Below are positions 1-9,285 of a stretch of DNA of 64,000 bases, piece by piece (position 1 is the stretch's first letter; every line of letters begins with the position of its first letter). This DNA comes from Myxococcota bacterium (lineage in GTDB: Bacteria > Myxococcota_A > UBA9160 > JAFDDA01), in NCBI GenBank assembly GCA_965228475.1, contig OZ245817.1, positions 2,304,001-2,368,000 of the forward strand, read 5' to 3'. A model generated the notes under the pieces. The model had not been told where the DNA came from, made no database searches, and was given only the letters and a program-made list of their open reading frames with translations. The translations under genes and the position numbers were made by a program.

Positions 1-276
1 GAGGTGATTCGCCGGGCCCACGAGATCCTCGCGAATCTCGAGTCGGGGGAGCGGGATGCCGAGGGCCGCTCGCGCCTGGCGGGAACGCCGGCCGGGGGCG
101 GGAGCGATTCGCAGCTCGGCCTGTTCGCGGGGAACGCCGCGGGAGGCGTGCGCGTCGAGGAGCGCGAAGTCCTCGACGGGCTGCGCGCGCTCGAGCCCGA
201 CCGGCTGACGCCCCTCGAGGCGCTGACGATGCTCGCCTCGCTGCGGGATCGGCTTCCTCCCGAGGAGGGGTCGTGA
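1..276 (+). CDS. mutS: DNA mismatch repair protein MutS, C-terminal fragment (5' truncated by window)
   Basis: 'RAHEILANLE', QLGLF clamp-binding-like motif, 'PDRLTPLEAL' typical of the MutS C-terminus. Confidence 0.85.
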   Translation, partial: EVIRRAHEILANLESGERDAEGRSRLAGTPAGGGSDSQLGLFAGNAAGGVRVEEREVLDGLRALEPDRLTPLEALTMLASLRDRLPPEEGS

Positions 277-2975
277 GCGCTCGCCCCGTCATCCGCCGCG
301 CGCTCGGGGAGGTCGATCCGAAGTCCCAGGAGTGGGTGCCGGCGATCCGCGGCTACCTCGAGGGGGTGCAGGCGTACCTGCTCAAGCTCCACCGCGACGA
401 GACGAGCGCCCGCACCGTCAACGCGGCGCACTCGGACCTCGTCGACGAGCTGGTGACGGCCCTCTACGACCGCGCGGTCGAGGCGGCGGGCGATCAGAGC
501 TGGCGTCGGGGCGACCGCCTGAGCGTGCTGGCCGTCGGGGGCTACGGCCGTCAGGAGATGGCGATCTATTCGGACATCGATCTCCTGCTCCTGCACGCGC
601 GCCGGCCGACGGCCTGGGTGAAGGCGGTGTGCGAGAAGCTCCAGTACTGGCTGTGGGACTCGGGGCTCCAGGTCGGCGCGGCGACGCGCGATGCGCGCGA
701 GACCCGTCGCATGGCGAGCCAGGACGGGACGGTCCGCACCGCGCTGCTCGACTTGCGCGTCCTGGCCGGCGACGCGGAGGTCGGGGCGATCCTGCGCGAG
801 AAGGTCCGCAAGGACGTGAAGCGTCACGCCGCGAGTCTCATTCAGGCCCGCATGGACGACATCCGCGACCGGCACAAGCGTTACGAAGAGTCGATCTACC
901 TCCTGCAGCCCAACCTGAAGGAGGGCGCGGGCGGTCTGCGCGACTACCACGCCGCCTGCTGGGCGACGGTGGCCGCCTTCGGCACCGAAGGCTCCCTCGA
1001 GGCGCTCGCGCGTCTCAAGCTCCTCACGGACGCGGAGGAGGCGGAGTATCGCGAGGCGCTCGACTTCCTCTGGCGCACACGCAACGAGCTCCACCTCGTG
1101 GCCGGGCGCAAGAACGACCAGATGAGCTTCGAGCTCCAGGACCGGATCGCCCGGACCTTCGGCTACGCCGAAGACGACGACGCGGGCTCCCTTCCCGTCG
1201 AGCGCTTCATGCGCGACTACTACCGCCACGTCCGGGTGGTGCGGAGTACGTCCGAGCTGGTGCTGGGGCAGTGTCTCGCCCACGCGCGCGGGCCACGCGT
1301 GCGGCGCGTGGTCCGGGAGGTCGAGGACGGCTTCCGCATCGCGGACGGCCATCTCGAGGTCCCGGACGCCGAGCACCTCCGGGCGAAACCCGGCCGCCTG
1401 CTCTCCGTCTTCCACGTCGCCCAGAGTCACGACGTCCCGCTCTCGCGGACGGCCCAGCGCCTCGTCCGCGAGAACCTCGACCTGATGGACGACGCCTACC
1501 GCAGCGACTCCGAGAACACCGCCCAGTTCCTCGCCATCCTCGAGGCCGAGCATCAGGTCATGCGGACGCTGATGACGATGAACGAGGTCGGGGCACTGGC
1601 GGCGTTCCTTCCCGAGTGGGAGCACATCGTCTGCCGCTGGCAGCAGGTCATCTATCACACCTACACCGTCGACGTGCACAGCATCTTCCTCGTGGAAGAG
1701 CTCCGCCGGCTCTGGAAGAACGAGTACCAGGGCTTCGTGCCGGACCTGACCGACCTCATCCAGAACGACGTGCCGGACAAGGCGGTCCTCTACCTCGGCT
1801 GCCTGCTGCACGACATCGGGAAGGGCTTCGGCGGCGACCACTCGGAGAAGGGCTTCGACCGCGCGGTGCGCTGCGTCGAGCGGCTCGGGCTCGAACCGCT
1901 GCGCGCGGCGCGGGTCTGTTACCTGGTGAAGTATCACCTGTTCATGTCGCACGTCGCGCAGCGCCGCGACCTCTCGGACCCGAAGCTGATCGTCGAGTTC
2001 GCGCGTCAGGCCGGCGACCGGGAGAACCTGCGCAACCTCTATCTACTGACCTTCGCCGACATCCGGGCCTCCTCGCCCACGGCCTGGACGGAGTGGAAGG
2101 GGCAGCTCCTGCGGGAGCTCTTCGAGCGGACCTCGGAGTTCCTCGAGGCCGGCGGCGAGGATCCGCGCCGGGCCCTCGAGCAGGTCCAGGCCCGCGTCGA
2201 CGAGCGGCGCGAGGCCGCGCGCAAGGAGATCCAGGCCCAGGGCGTCGGCGACGGCCGCATCGACGAGTTCTTCTCCGTGATGCCCCAGCGCTATTTCATC
2301 TCGCACACCCCGCGCCAGATCACCCGGCACGCGATGGTGGCCTTCAGTCTGAAGCCCGAGGACAAGATGGCGACGGCTGTTCGGGCCAAGGGTGACGTCA
2401 GTGAGTTCATCCTGTGCACCCGCGACGTGCACGGCCTCTACTCGACGACGGCCGGGGCGATCACCGCCGCGAACCTGAACATCCTCGGCTCCCACGTCTA
2501 CACGACACGCTCGGGGCTGGCCCTCGAGATCTACCGGGTCGAGACGCCGGGAGGGGGGCCGGAAGAGCAGGAGGTGGCCTGGAACCGCCTCCGCGAGATT
2601 CTCGAGGGAGCCCTCGACGAACGCGTCGACCTCGGAACGCTGGTGCACCAGGGCCGGGTGAAGGTCGGCATGCAGGGACCGCCCGTGCAGAGTCCGCAAT
2701 CGGTCCTGATCTCGAACTCCGAATCCGACTTCTACACGATCGTCGACGTGGCGGCGAACGACCGGCGCGGCCTGCTCTACGACCTCACGCGGGTGATCGC
2801 CGGCATGGGATTCGAGATCTTCATCTCGAAGGCCGCGACGATTCTCGATCAAGTGACCGACACCTTCTACCTGAAGGACGGGAACGGCAAGAAGATCACG
2901 GACACGGAGCAGCTTCGGCGTCTGGAAGAGGCGCTGGCGGCCGTGCTCGAAGACGAAACCACCGAGGCTGCATGA
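273..2975 (+). CDS. glnD: PII uridylyltransferase/uridylyl-removing enzyme
   Basis: AVGGYGR..SDIDLL NTase motif, NLKEGAGGLRD, YHTYTVDVH, LLHDIGKG HD domain, two C-terminal ACT domains; 900 aa. Confidence 0.96.
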   Translation: MSARPVIRRALGEVDPKSQEWVPAIRGYLEGVQAYLLKLHRDETSARTVNAAHSDLVDELVTALYDRAVEAAGDQSWRRGDRLSVLAVGGYGRQEMAIYSDIDLLLLHARRPTAWVKAVCEKLQYWLWDSGLQVGAATRDARETRRMASQDGTVRTALLDLRVLAGDAEVGAILREKVRKDVKRHAASLIQARMDDIRDRHKRYEESIYLLQPNLKEGAGGLRDYHAACWATVAAFGTEGSLEALARLKLLTDAEEAEYREALDFLWRTRNELHLVAGRKNDQMSFELQDRIARTFGYAEDDDAGSLPVERFMRDYYRHVRVVRSTSELVLGQCLAHARGPRVRRVVREVEDGFRIADGHLEVPDAEHLRAKPGRLLSVFHVAQSHDVPLSRTAQRLVRENLDLMDDAYRSDSENTAQFLAILEAEHQVMRTLMTMNEVGALAAFLPEWEHIVCRWQQVIYHTYTVDVHSIFLVEELRRLWKNEYQGFVPDLTDLIQNDVPDKAVLYLGCLLHDIGKGFGGDHSEKGFDRAVRCVERLGLEPLRAARVCYLVKYHLFMSHVAQRRDLSDPKLIVEFARQAGDRENLRNLYLLTFADIRASSPTAWTEWKGQLLRELFERTSEFLEAGGEDPRRALEQVQARVDERREAARKEIQAQGVGDGRIDEFFSVMPQRYFISHTPRQITRHAMVAFSLKPEDKMATAVRAKGDVSEFILCTRDVHGLYSTTAGAITAANLNILGSHVYTTRSGLALEIYRVETPGGGPEEQEVAWNRLREILEGALDERVDLGTLVHQGRVKVGMQGPPVQSPQSVLISNSESDFYTIVDVAANDRRGLLYDLTRVIAGMGFEIFISKAATILDQVTDTFYLKDGNGKKITDTEQLRRLEEALAAVLEDETTEAA

Positions 2976-3012
2976 GGCTTCTCTCCGCGGCTCGAAACCT
3001 TCGCGAAGCGCC

Positions 3013-4002
3013 GTGAGCCGAGCGCCGGCCCTCGATGCGAGCATCGACGCGTTCCTGCTCCACACGGGCGTCGAGCGGAACCTGTCTCCGAAGACGGTCG
3101 AAGCCTACGGCCGCGACCTGGCGCGCTTCGCGGAGTACCTGGGCGGTCAGGGCGTCGCGTCGCTCGGAGACCTCGCGACGAAGCACGTGACCGGGTTCGT
3201 GCGCCACCTCGAGGCCGTGGGCCTCGCCGCGCGCAGCCGGGCCCGGGCGCTCTCGGCGGTTCGGCGGCTGGTGCAGTTCGGCGCCCGCCGCGGCGAGTGC
3301 GTCGCCGACCCGGTCGACGGCGTGACGGCGCCGCGCTTCGGCGCACCGCTGCCGCGCACCCTGCGTAGCGACGAGACCCAAGCCCTGCTCGACGCGACGG
3401 ACCCCGAGGACCCCCTCGGCTGCCGCGATCGCGCCATGCTCGAGGTGCTCTACGGTGCGGGGCTGCGCGTCTCCGAGCTGGTGAGCCTGCCCCTGGCCGG
3501 GCTCGACCGGCGGGCGGGCTGGGTCCGCGTGCTGGGGAAGGGGCGCAAGGAGCGGATCGTTCCGCTCGGCGATCCGGCGCTCGAGGCCCTCGACCGCTAC
3601 CTGGCCGAGGCCCGGCCCTTGCTCGCCCGCGCATCGCGCCGGAACTCGGACGCCGTGTTCCTCTCGCGCCGGGGCGCGGCGATGACGCGGCAGAACTTCT
3701 TCGACCGGCTGCGCGGAATCGCCCGCAAGGCGGGCATCCCGACGGAGCGCGTCTCACCCCACGTCCTGCGCCACGCCTTCGCGACCGACCTCCTCGAGGG
3801 CGGTGCCGACCTGCGCGCGGTGCAGACGATGCTCGGCCACGCGGATCTCGCGACGACCGAGATCTACACCCACGTCAGCCGGAAACGGCTGCGATCGACG
3901 GTCGAGGCCAAGCACCCCCGTGGCCGGCGCGCGAAGGGGGCCGGCGCGAAGGCCGGGGGCCCGCCGCAGCCGCGGCCGGGGAAGCCCAAGCGGCGCACGT
4001 GA
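3013..4002 (+). CDS. xerD: Tyrosine recombinase XerD
   Basis: [52 protein letters not shown]; housekeeping context. Confidence 0.9.
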   Translation: MSRAPALDASIDAFLLHTGVERNLSPKTVEAYGRDLARFAEYLGGQGVASLGDLATKHVTGFVRHLEAVGLAARSRARALSAVRRLVQFGARRGECVADPVDGVTAPRFGAPLPRTLRSDETQALLDATDPEDPLGCRDRAMLEVLYGAGLRVSELVSLPLAGLDRRAGWVRVLGKGRKERIVPLGDPALEALDRYLAEARPLLARASRRNSDAVFLSRRGAAMTRQNFFDRLRGIARKAGIPTERVSPHVLRHAFATDLLEGGADLRAVQTMLGHADLATTEIYTHVSRKRLRSTVEAKHPRGRRAKGAGAKAGGPPQPRPGKPKRRT

Positions 4003-5318
4003 GCGAGCCGACCCTGGCAGAGATCCGCGCCGCCATGCCCGAGGCGGCGCGGCCCTTGCTCGATGCCGTGCTGCGCACCGCGCGCGAGGAGAAGCTCTCG
4101 ATCCTGCTCGTCGGCGGGCCGGTGCGGGACCACCTGCTCGGCATCCCCATCCGGGACGTCGATCTGATCGTCGAACCCCAGGAGGGCCGGGACGCGGCGT
4201 GGCTGGCGGAGCGGGCCGCACCGGATGCGCCGAGGGTGGTCCACGGGCGCTTCGGGACGGTGACGCTCGGCCGTGGCGAGGCCCAGCTCGACGTCGCGAC
4301 GGTCCGGGACGAGAGCTACGCGCACCCCGGAGCGCTGCCGACCGTCGGCCCCGGCACGCTCGAGACGGACCTCGCGCGGCGGGACTTCACCGTCAACGCG
4401 ATGGCGCTGCCCCTCTCGCCGGTGGCCCGGCGCCGCCACAGCGGGCTCGTCGACCCGATGGGGGGGCTCGCGGACCTCCACGAGAAGGTCCTTCGCATTC
4501 ATCACCCGCGCAGCTTCTGCGACGATCCCACCCGCGCCCTGCGCGCCGCCCGCCTCTCGCCCCGGCTCGGCTTCGGCCTCGAACGGAGGTCACGGGCCGC
4601 GCTCCGCGACGCGCTTCGCGAAGGCGCCTTCGGACGCGTGAGCGGCGACCGCTTGCGCCGGGAACTCACGAAGCTTTTCGCGGACGCACCGCTCCACCTG
4701 AACCCCGCCGAGGCGCTCCGCTGTCTCGCGAAGTGGCACGTGATGGCGGCGATCGAGCCCGGCCTCGAGCTGCCCCGAACCGTGGTCACGCCCCTGCGCC
4801 GGCTCGGTCGAAGCCTCGCCGAGCCTCCCTTCGCGCTCCGCGGCCGCGCCGTCCTCTCCGGCCTCTGTCTCTGGTTCGCACCGCTCCCGGCCGGGCTGCG
4901 GCGGCGGGCCGGCGAGCGCTTCGGGCTGAGAGGGGAGGGCCTCGAGCGCGTCGTCGCCTTCCCGAAGAACCGCGACCGCTGGCTGAAGGGGCTCACGCGG
5001 GCGCGCGGCCGCGGCGCGATCGACGCCGTGCTCCACCCGATCGGGGACGAGGAGCTGTTGGCGCTCCACGCGGGCGCGCCGCCGACCCTGGCGCGCCGCG
5101 TCGCGCGCTGGGCCGGGGAGGACCGCCGCCGCAGCGCGCCGATCGACGGCCGCGACCTGGTCGCCGCCGGGCTGGCCGGCCCGGCCCTGGGGCGGGCCCT
5201 CGCCCGGGTCCGTACCGCCTTCCTCGACGGCGAGGTCCGCACCCGCGACGAAGCCCTCGCCCTGGCGGACGAACTGGCCCGCCGGGCCGGTGCCCGGCAC
5301 CGCCGCAAGAAGGCCTGA
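3999..5318 (+). CDS. Class II tRNA nucleotidyltransferase / poly(A) polymerase family (possibly A-adding type)
   Basis: [33 protein letters not shown] motifs. Confidence 0.88.
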   Translation: MSEPTLAEIRAAMPEAARPLLDAVLRTAREEKLSILLVGGPVRDHLLGIPIRDVDLIVEPQEGRDAAWLAERAAPDAPRVVHGRFGTVTLGRGEAQLDVATVRDESYAHPGALPTVGPGTLETDLARRDFTVNAMALPLSPVARRRHSGLVDPMGGLADLHEKVLRIHHPRSFCDDPTRALRAARLSPRLGFGLERRSRAALRDALREGAFGRVSGDRLRRELTKLFADAPLHLNPAEALRCLAKWHVMAAIEPGLELPRTVVTPLRRLGRSLAEPPFALRGRAVLSGLCLWFAPLPAGLRRRAGERFGLRGEGLERVVAFPKNRDRWLKGLTRARGRGAIDAVLHPIGDEELLALHAGAPPTLARRVARWAGEDRRRSAPIDGRDLVAAGLAGPALGRALARVRTAFLDGEVRTRDEALALADELARRAGARHRRKKA

Positions 5319-5444
5319 GGGCGCGCCAGGGCACGGGGCCGGCTCGGCTCCGCGGTCGAGCTTTCGCCTTGCCCGCCCCCGAGGGATTGCCCATATTCGT
5401 GTGGCCCTCCTGCCCCAGTGTTCGCACATCCTCCGGGGAAGCCC

Positions 5445-6299
5445 ATGGAGAATCCCGAAGCCGGGGTTCCGGTCCCGACAGAACTGACTCCGGAAGCGCT
5501 CGCGGGGCCCCGCGAAGCGGCGCCCTACGCCGTGAAGCTGCCCATCTTCGAAGGGCCCCTCGACCTGCTCCTGCACCTGATCCGGCTGAACGAGGTCGAG
5601 ATCACGGACATCCCGATCGCCCGCATCTGCGAGCAGTACCTTGGGTACCTCGACGTGATGCGCGAGCTCAACATCGACGTCGCGAGCGAGTACCTGGTCA
5701 TGGCGGCGACGCTCGCGTGGATCAAGTCGCAGATGCTGCTCCCGATCGAGGTCGAGGAAGAGGAAGAGGCCCTCGACCCGCGGGCCGAGCTCGTGCGGCG
5801 CCTGCTCGACTACCAGCGGTACAAGGAGGTCGCCGAACAGCTCGGGGACCGGCACCGGCTCGGGCGCGACGTCTTCGCGGCGCGCGCGACCGAGCCCGAG
5901 AAGGAGCCCGAGGCCGAGCGCGAGATCACCGCGGACCTCACCGCACTGCTCGGCGCCCTGCGCGACGTCCTGCGCTCCGCGCCGGCATCGGGCGCGGCCC
6001 ACGAGCTCGAGGTCGAGCCCGTCACCGTGCGCGAGCGCATGATCGCCGTGATGGAGCGGATCGACGGGGACGAGGCGGTTCCCTTCGAGAGCCTGCTCCG
6101 CGATCCCGGCCCCCACGAGTTCACCAAGGCCATCGTCGTGGCGACGTTCCTCGCGATCCTCGAGCTTGCGCGCCTGGGCAGCCTGCGGCTCTACCAGGGG
6201 CGGAGCGAGAGCGGCGCCCCCGAAGGCCCCATCCACGTCCGCTCGCGCGGCGAAGCGCTCGAAGGCAACTGGGCCGAGCGCATCTCGGAGTACATGTAA
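5445..6299 (+). CDS. scpA: Segregation/condensation protein A (SMC kleisin)
   Basis: FEGPLDLLLHLI, EYLVMAATL..IKS, VATFLAILEL. Confidence 0.95.
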   Translation: MENPEAGVPVPTELTPEALAGPREAAPYAVKLPIFEGPLDLLLHLIRLNEVEITDIPIARICEQYLGYLDVMRELNIDVASEYLVMAATLAWIKSQMLLPIEVEEEEEALDPRAELVRRLLDYQRYKEVAEQLGDRHRLGRDVFAARATEPEKEPEAEREITADLTALLGALRDVLRSAPASGAAHELEVEPVTVRERMIAVMERIDGDEAVPFESLLRDPGPHEFTKAIVVATFLAILELARLGSLRLYQGRSESGAPEGPIHVRSRGEALEGNWAERISEYM

Positions 6300-7018
6300 T
6301 GGATCGGGACGGAAAGCGTCGGCTGGTCGAAGCGTTGATCCTGGCGTCCCCGGAGCCGATCTCGGCGGCGCGGTTGGCGGATCTCGTGCCGCGGGGGAAG
6401 CCCGCGGTGATGGCCGAGTTCGTGAACGAGCTGAACGAGGCGTACGAAGCCCAGGACCGCGGCTTCGAGATCTGGCAGGTGGCCGGCGGCTACCAGATGC
6501 GGACCCGGGCGGACCTCGCGCCCTACGTGCAGCAGATGCACGCCCAGCGCCCGGCGCGCCTCTCGCGCGCGGCGCTCGAATCGCTCGCCATCGTGGCCTA
6601 CCGCCAGCCGGTGACGCGCTCGGAGATCGAGCACGTGCGCGGCGTGGACGTCGGTCCGATCCTGCGCGGCCTGCTCGAGCGCAAGCTGGTTCGCATCGCC
6701 GGCCGGCGTGACGTGCCGGGCCGGCCGATCCTCTACGGGACGACGAAGCGCTTCCTCGAGGTTTTCGGCCTGCCCACCCTGAAGGACCTGCCCGCCCTCC
6801 GCGATCTCGAGGAGCTGCTCGGTGAGGACGGCCTCGGGGTCGGAACGGAGCGCCTGGGCGAGGTCGGCGGAGCCGAAGCGGGAGCGGTCCTGCCGGTGGA
6901 AGCGGGCGAAGATCCCACCCTCGAGACGCTTCCGGAACCGGACGCTCCCGCCGAGCCGGACCCGACGGCCGACGACCCGGAGCCCGCCTCCGCGCCGCCG
7001 CCCGGCGGGCTTCACTGA
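6299..7018 (+). CDS. scpB: Segregation/condensation protein B
   Basis: ATG overlaps scpA TAA; VAGGYQMRT, LSRAALESLAIVAYRQPVTRSEIE, GRPILYGTT..FLEVFGL. Confidence 0.95.
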   Translation: MDRDGKRRLVEALILASPEPISAARLADLVPRGKPAVMAEFVNELNEAYEAQDRGFEIWQVAGGYQMRTRADLAPYVQQMHAQRPARLSRAALESLAIVAYRQPVTRSEIEHVRGVDVGPILRGLLERKLVRIAGRRDVPGRPILYGTTKRFLEVFGLPTLKDLPALRDLEELLGEDGLGVGTERLGEVGGAEAGAVLPVEAGEDPTLETLPEPDAPAEPDPTADDPEPASAPPPGGLH

Positions 7019-7021
7019 CCC

Positions 7022-8026
7022 ATTCGCGAACGACTCCAGAAAATTCTCGCCTCCGCCGGCGTGGCTTCGCGGCGGAAGTGCGAGGAGTTGATCCACGAGG
7101 GCCGGGTCGCAGTCAACGGGGCGACGGCGAAGGTCGGTGATAGCGCCGACCCGACGACGGATCGGATCACCCTCGACGGACGCCGCGTTCGGTACGAACC
7201 GCGCGTCTACTGGGTGCTCAACAAGCCGGCGGGCGTGCTCACGACGGCGCGCGATCCCGGCGGCCGCCGGACCGTGCTCGACCTCGTCGACGAACGCCGC
7301 GCACGGATCTTTCCCGTCGGCCGGCTCGACCGCGAGACCGAAGGGCTTCTGCTCCTCACCAACGACGGCGATCTCTCCCAGGCCCTGCTGCACCCCTCCC
7401 ACGAGAGCCCGCGCACCTACCGGGTGGAGGTCGCCGGGAAGCTGCGCGAAGGCGATGCCCGGCGTCTGGCCGAGGGCGTCGACCTGGGGGAGGGCGAGAT
7501 CACGGCGCCGGCCCGCGTCGATCGCCTGCGGCACCGGCCGCGTTCGGACGTTTCGAGCTTCGAACTCACCCTGATCGAGGGCCGCAATCGGCAGATCCGG
7601 CGCTCGCTCGAACGCCTCGGCCATCCGGTGCGGCGCCTCGTGCGGACGCGCATGGGGCCGCTCTCGCTCGGGAAGATGCCCGTGGGCGGCTCGCGCGAGC
7701 TCACGGCGGCGGAACGCAAGAAGCTGCTCGACCACGCGCGGCGCGGAGGCGAGCGGGCGAGCCGCTCGAAGAAACGGCCCGGCCGCTCGAAGGAAGGTTC
7801 GAAGGGCCGGCCGGGCGCTTCGCCTAGGGGCGGAGGACGGTCCCGATCCGGCGGTCGTTCCAGTAGACGTCCCAAGAGCGGGCGGGATCCATCCGGTCCG
7901 GAAGGACCACGTAGCCGAGCACGACCTCCTCGGCGCCGATCTCCCCGAGCGTTCCCTCGAGGATTCCCATCTGGGCCGGGTCGTCGATCCGGGGACGGAA
8001 CGTGTCGTGGTCCTGGACGAACGTGA
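7022..8026 (+). CDS. rluB: 23S rRNA pseudouridine synthase, RluB/RsuA family (start uncertain: ATT 7022, GTG 7061 or readthrough from scpB)
   Basis: S4 domain ERLQKILASAGVASRRKCEELI, NKPAG, GRLDRETEGLLLLTNDG, EGRNRQIRR. Confidence 0.9.
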   Translation: MRERLQKILASAGVASRRKCEELIHEGRVAVNGATAKVGDSADPTTDRITLDGRRVRYEPRVYWVLNKPAGVLTTARDPGGRRTVLDLVDERRARIFPVGRLDRETEGLLLLTNDGDLSQALLHPSHESPRTYRVEVAGKLREGDARRLAEGVDLGEGEITAPARVDRLRHRPRSDVSSFELTLIEGRNRQIRRSLERLGHPVRRLVRTRMGPLSLGKMPVGGSRELTAAERKKLLDHARRGGERASRSKKRPGRSKEGSKGRPGASPRGGGRSRSGGRSSRRPKSGRDPSGPEGPRSRARPPRRRSPRAFPRGFPSGPGRRSGDGTCRGPGRT

Positions 8027-8702
8027 AGTTGGGGTGGAACGCGTCGGCGCGGTGGGCGAGCACCGTGAACAGCACGACGGGCCCGCGGGCCTCGGGCGCG
8101 GCGGCGCGGAAGCGGCCATCGAAGGCATCGGACCAGGCGAGCGAGACCTCGAGGGCGAGGCCTCCCTGTGCATCCTCCTTGAGGAAGCGGGCGGGCGCCT
8201 GCTGCTGGGAGAGCTCGACGATGAGGAAGAGATCGCGGACGTCGTCCGTCGAGAGGTGGAGCTCCGGGACGCGCGGCGCCGGCGGAGGCGCGGCGAAGGT
8301 TTGCGGCGCCTGGGCCGTGCGGGCGGTGCCGGCCGGAATCCGTCCCCCGAAGCCCGGGGAGATCCCGGAGTTCGCGTTCGAGGAGGCCATGTTCTCGGGC
8401 GTCGGGGGTGCACCCTGGAGTTCGCGGACGCGTCGGGCGGCGTCGATCAGGTTGTAGGGGTTGTTCGGGTTCTGGCTGTCGCGATAGACCTGCCAGCTGT
8501 AGGGGCGGGGCAGGTACTCCGGCCTGAGCGGCGGAACCTCTTCGGGGGCCACCTCCTTCGCGGCGCGGCACGGAATCGCCCGCCGGTCCTGGACGATGAA
8601 GATCGAGCCGTCCGGGCAGACGCCCGAGATGGCAGCGTTCGCGGCGCCTGCTCCGAGGAGGGTGGCGAGAGCGAGTGCGGCGGCGAGGGGCTGGGGGCGC
8701 AT
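7824..8702 (-). CDS. Hypothetical exported protein
   Basis: Signal peptide MRPQPLAAALALATLLGAGAANA, GAGG RBS, coding-like codon bias. Confidence 0.7.
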   Translation of the reverse strand: MRPQPLAAALALATLLGAGAANAAISGVCPDGSIFIVQDRRAIPCRAAKEVAPEEVPPLRPEYLPRPYSWQVYRDSQNPNNPYNLIDAARRVRELQGAPPTPENMASSNANSGISPGFGGRIPAGTARTAQAPQTFAAPPPAPRVPELHLSTDDVRDLFLIVELSQQQAPARFLKEDAQGGLALEVSLAWSDAFDGRFRAAAPEARGPVVLFTVLAHRADAFHPNFTFVQDHDTFRPRIDDPAQMGILEGTLGEIGAEEVVLGYVVLPDRMDPARSWDVYWNDRRIGTVLRP

Positions 8703-8740
8703 GTTCAACCTCGGTGGGGAAGCGGGAGCGGTTCGCGCGC

Positions 8741-9283
8741 TCAGCGCGGGAACGTCACGTAGACCTGGGTGTAGAAGAGGGTTCCGTCGCTGCGGCGGGC
8801 GACGCCGATGCCGGTCGCGTTGAACGCCGGCGCGCTCAGGTTCTCGAAGTGATCCTTGGAGTGCAGCCAGCCCTGGAAGACCTCGCGGTTCGGATCGCGG
8901 CGGCTCGTCATGCCGACGTTCTCGGCAGCGAGGGAGAAGCCGGCCACGCCGCCGGCGTGGATGCGGTCGACCGGGTTCGCGCCCTCCGGGTTCTCGTGGG
9001 AGAAGAACCCTCGCGTGGCCATGTCCTGGCTGTGCCGTCGCGCCACGGCGTCGAGCTCGGGCCGCCGCTCGAGGCCGATCAGGTGATGGCGCTGCCGCCA
9101 CTCGTTCACCGAGTGGTGCATGCGCTGCTCGAGGTCCGCGATGCCGTCCGCACGGGAGGACAGCGTCTCGCGCGCGGGCACGGAGCTGAAGTCCGCCCCG
9201 CGCGCGCCGAGCGGCATCAGCAGCACGATGGCGATCCAGACGCCGATCAGGAAGCCGAAGGCTTGGACGAGGGTGCGCGGCAT
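8741..9283 (-). CDS. CAP/SCP domain exported protein
   Basis: ARRHSQDMA..GFFSH, AENV, WLHSKDHFENL, GIGV motifs. Confidence 0.9.
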   Translation of the reverse strand: MPRTLVQAFGFLIGVWIAIVLLMPLGARGADFSSVPARETLSSRADGIADLEQRMHHSVNEWRQRHHLIGLERRPELDAVARRHSQDMATRGFFSHENPEGANPVDRIHAGGVAGFSLAAENVGMTSRRDPNREVFQGWLHSKDHFENLSAPAFNATGIGVARRSDGTLFYTQVYVTFPR

Positions 9284-9285
9284 GC

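Noticed and set aside
3013..4002. Tyrosine recombinase as a phage/integron integrase
   Set aside because: XerD-type sequence in housekeeping context; no att or attC sites or cargo seen
3803..7018. 1071-aa ORF
   Set aside because: Only the last 239 codons are ScpB; the rest is an Arg/Pro-rich shadow frame over real genes
7016..7060. scpB TGA as a selenocysteine codon
   Set aside because: No convincing SECIS hairpin downstream and the position is not a catalytic Cys equivalent
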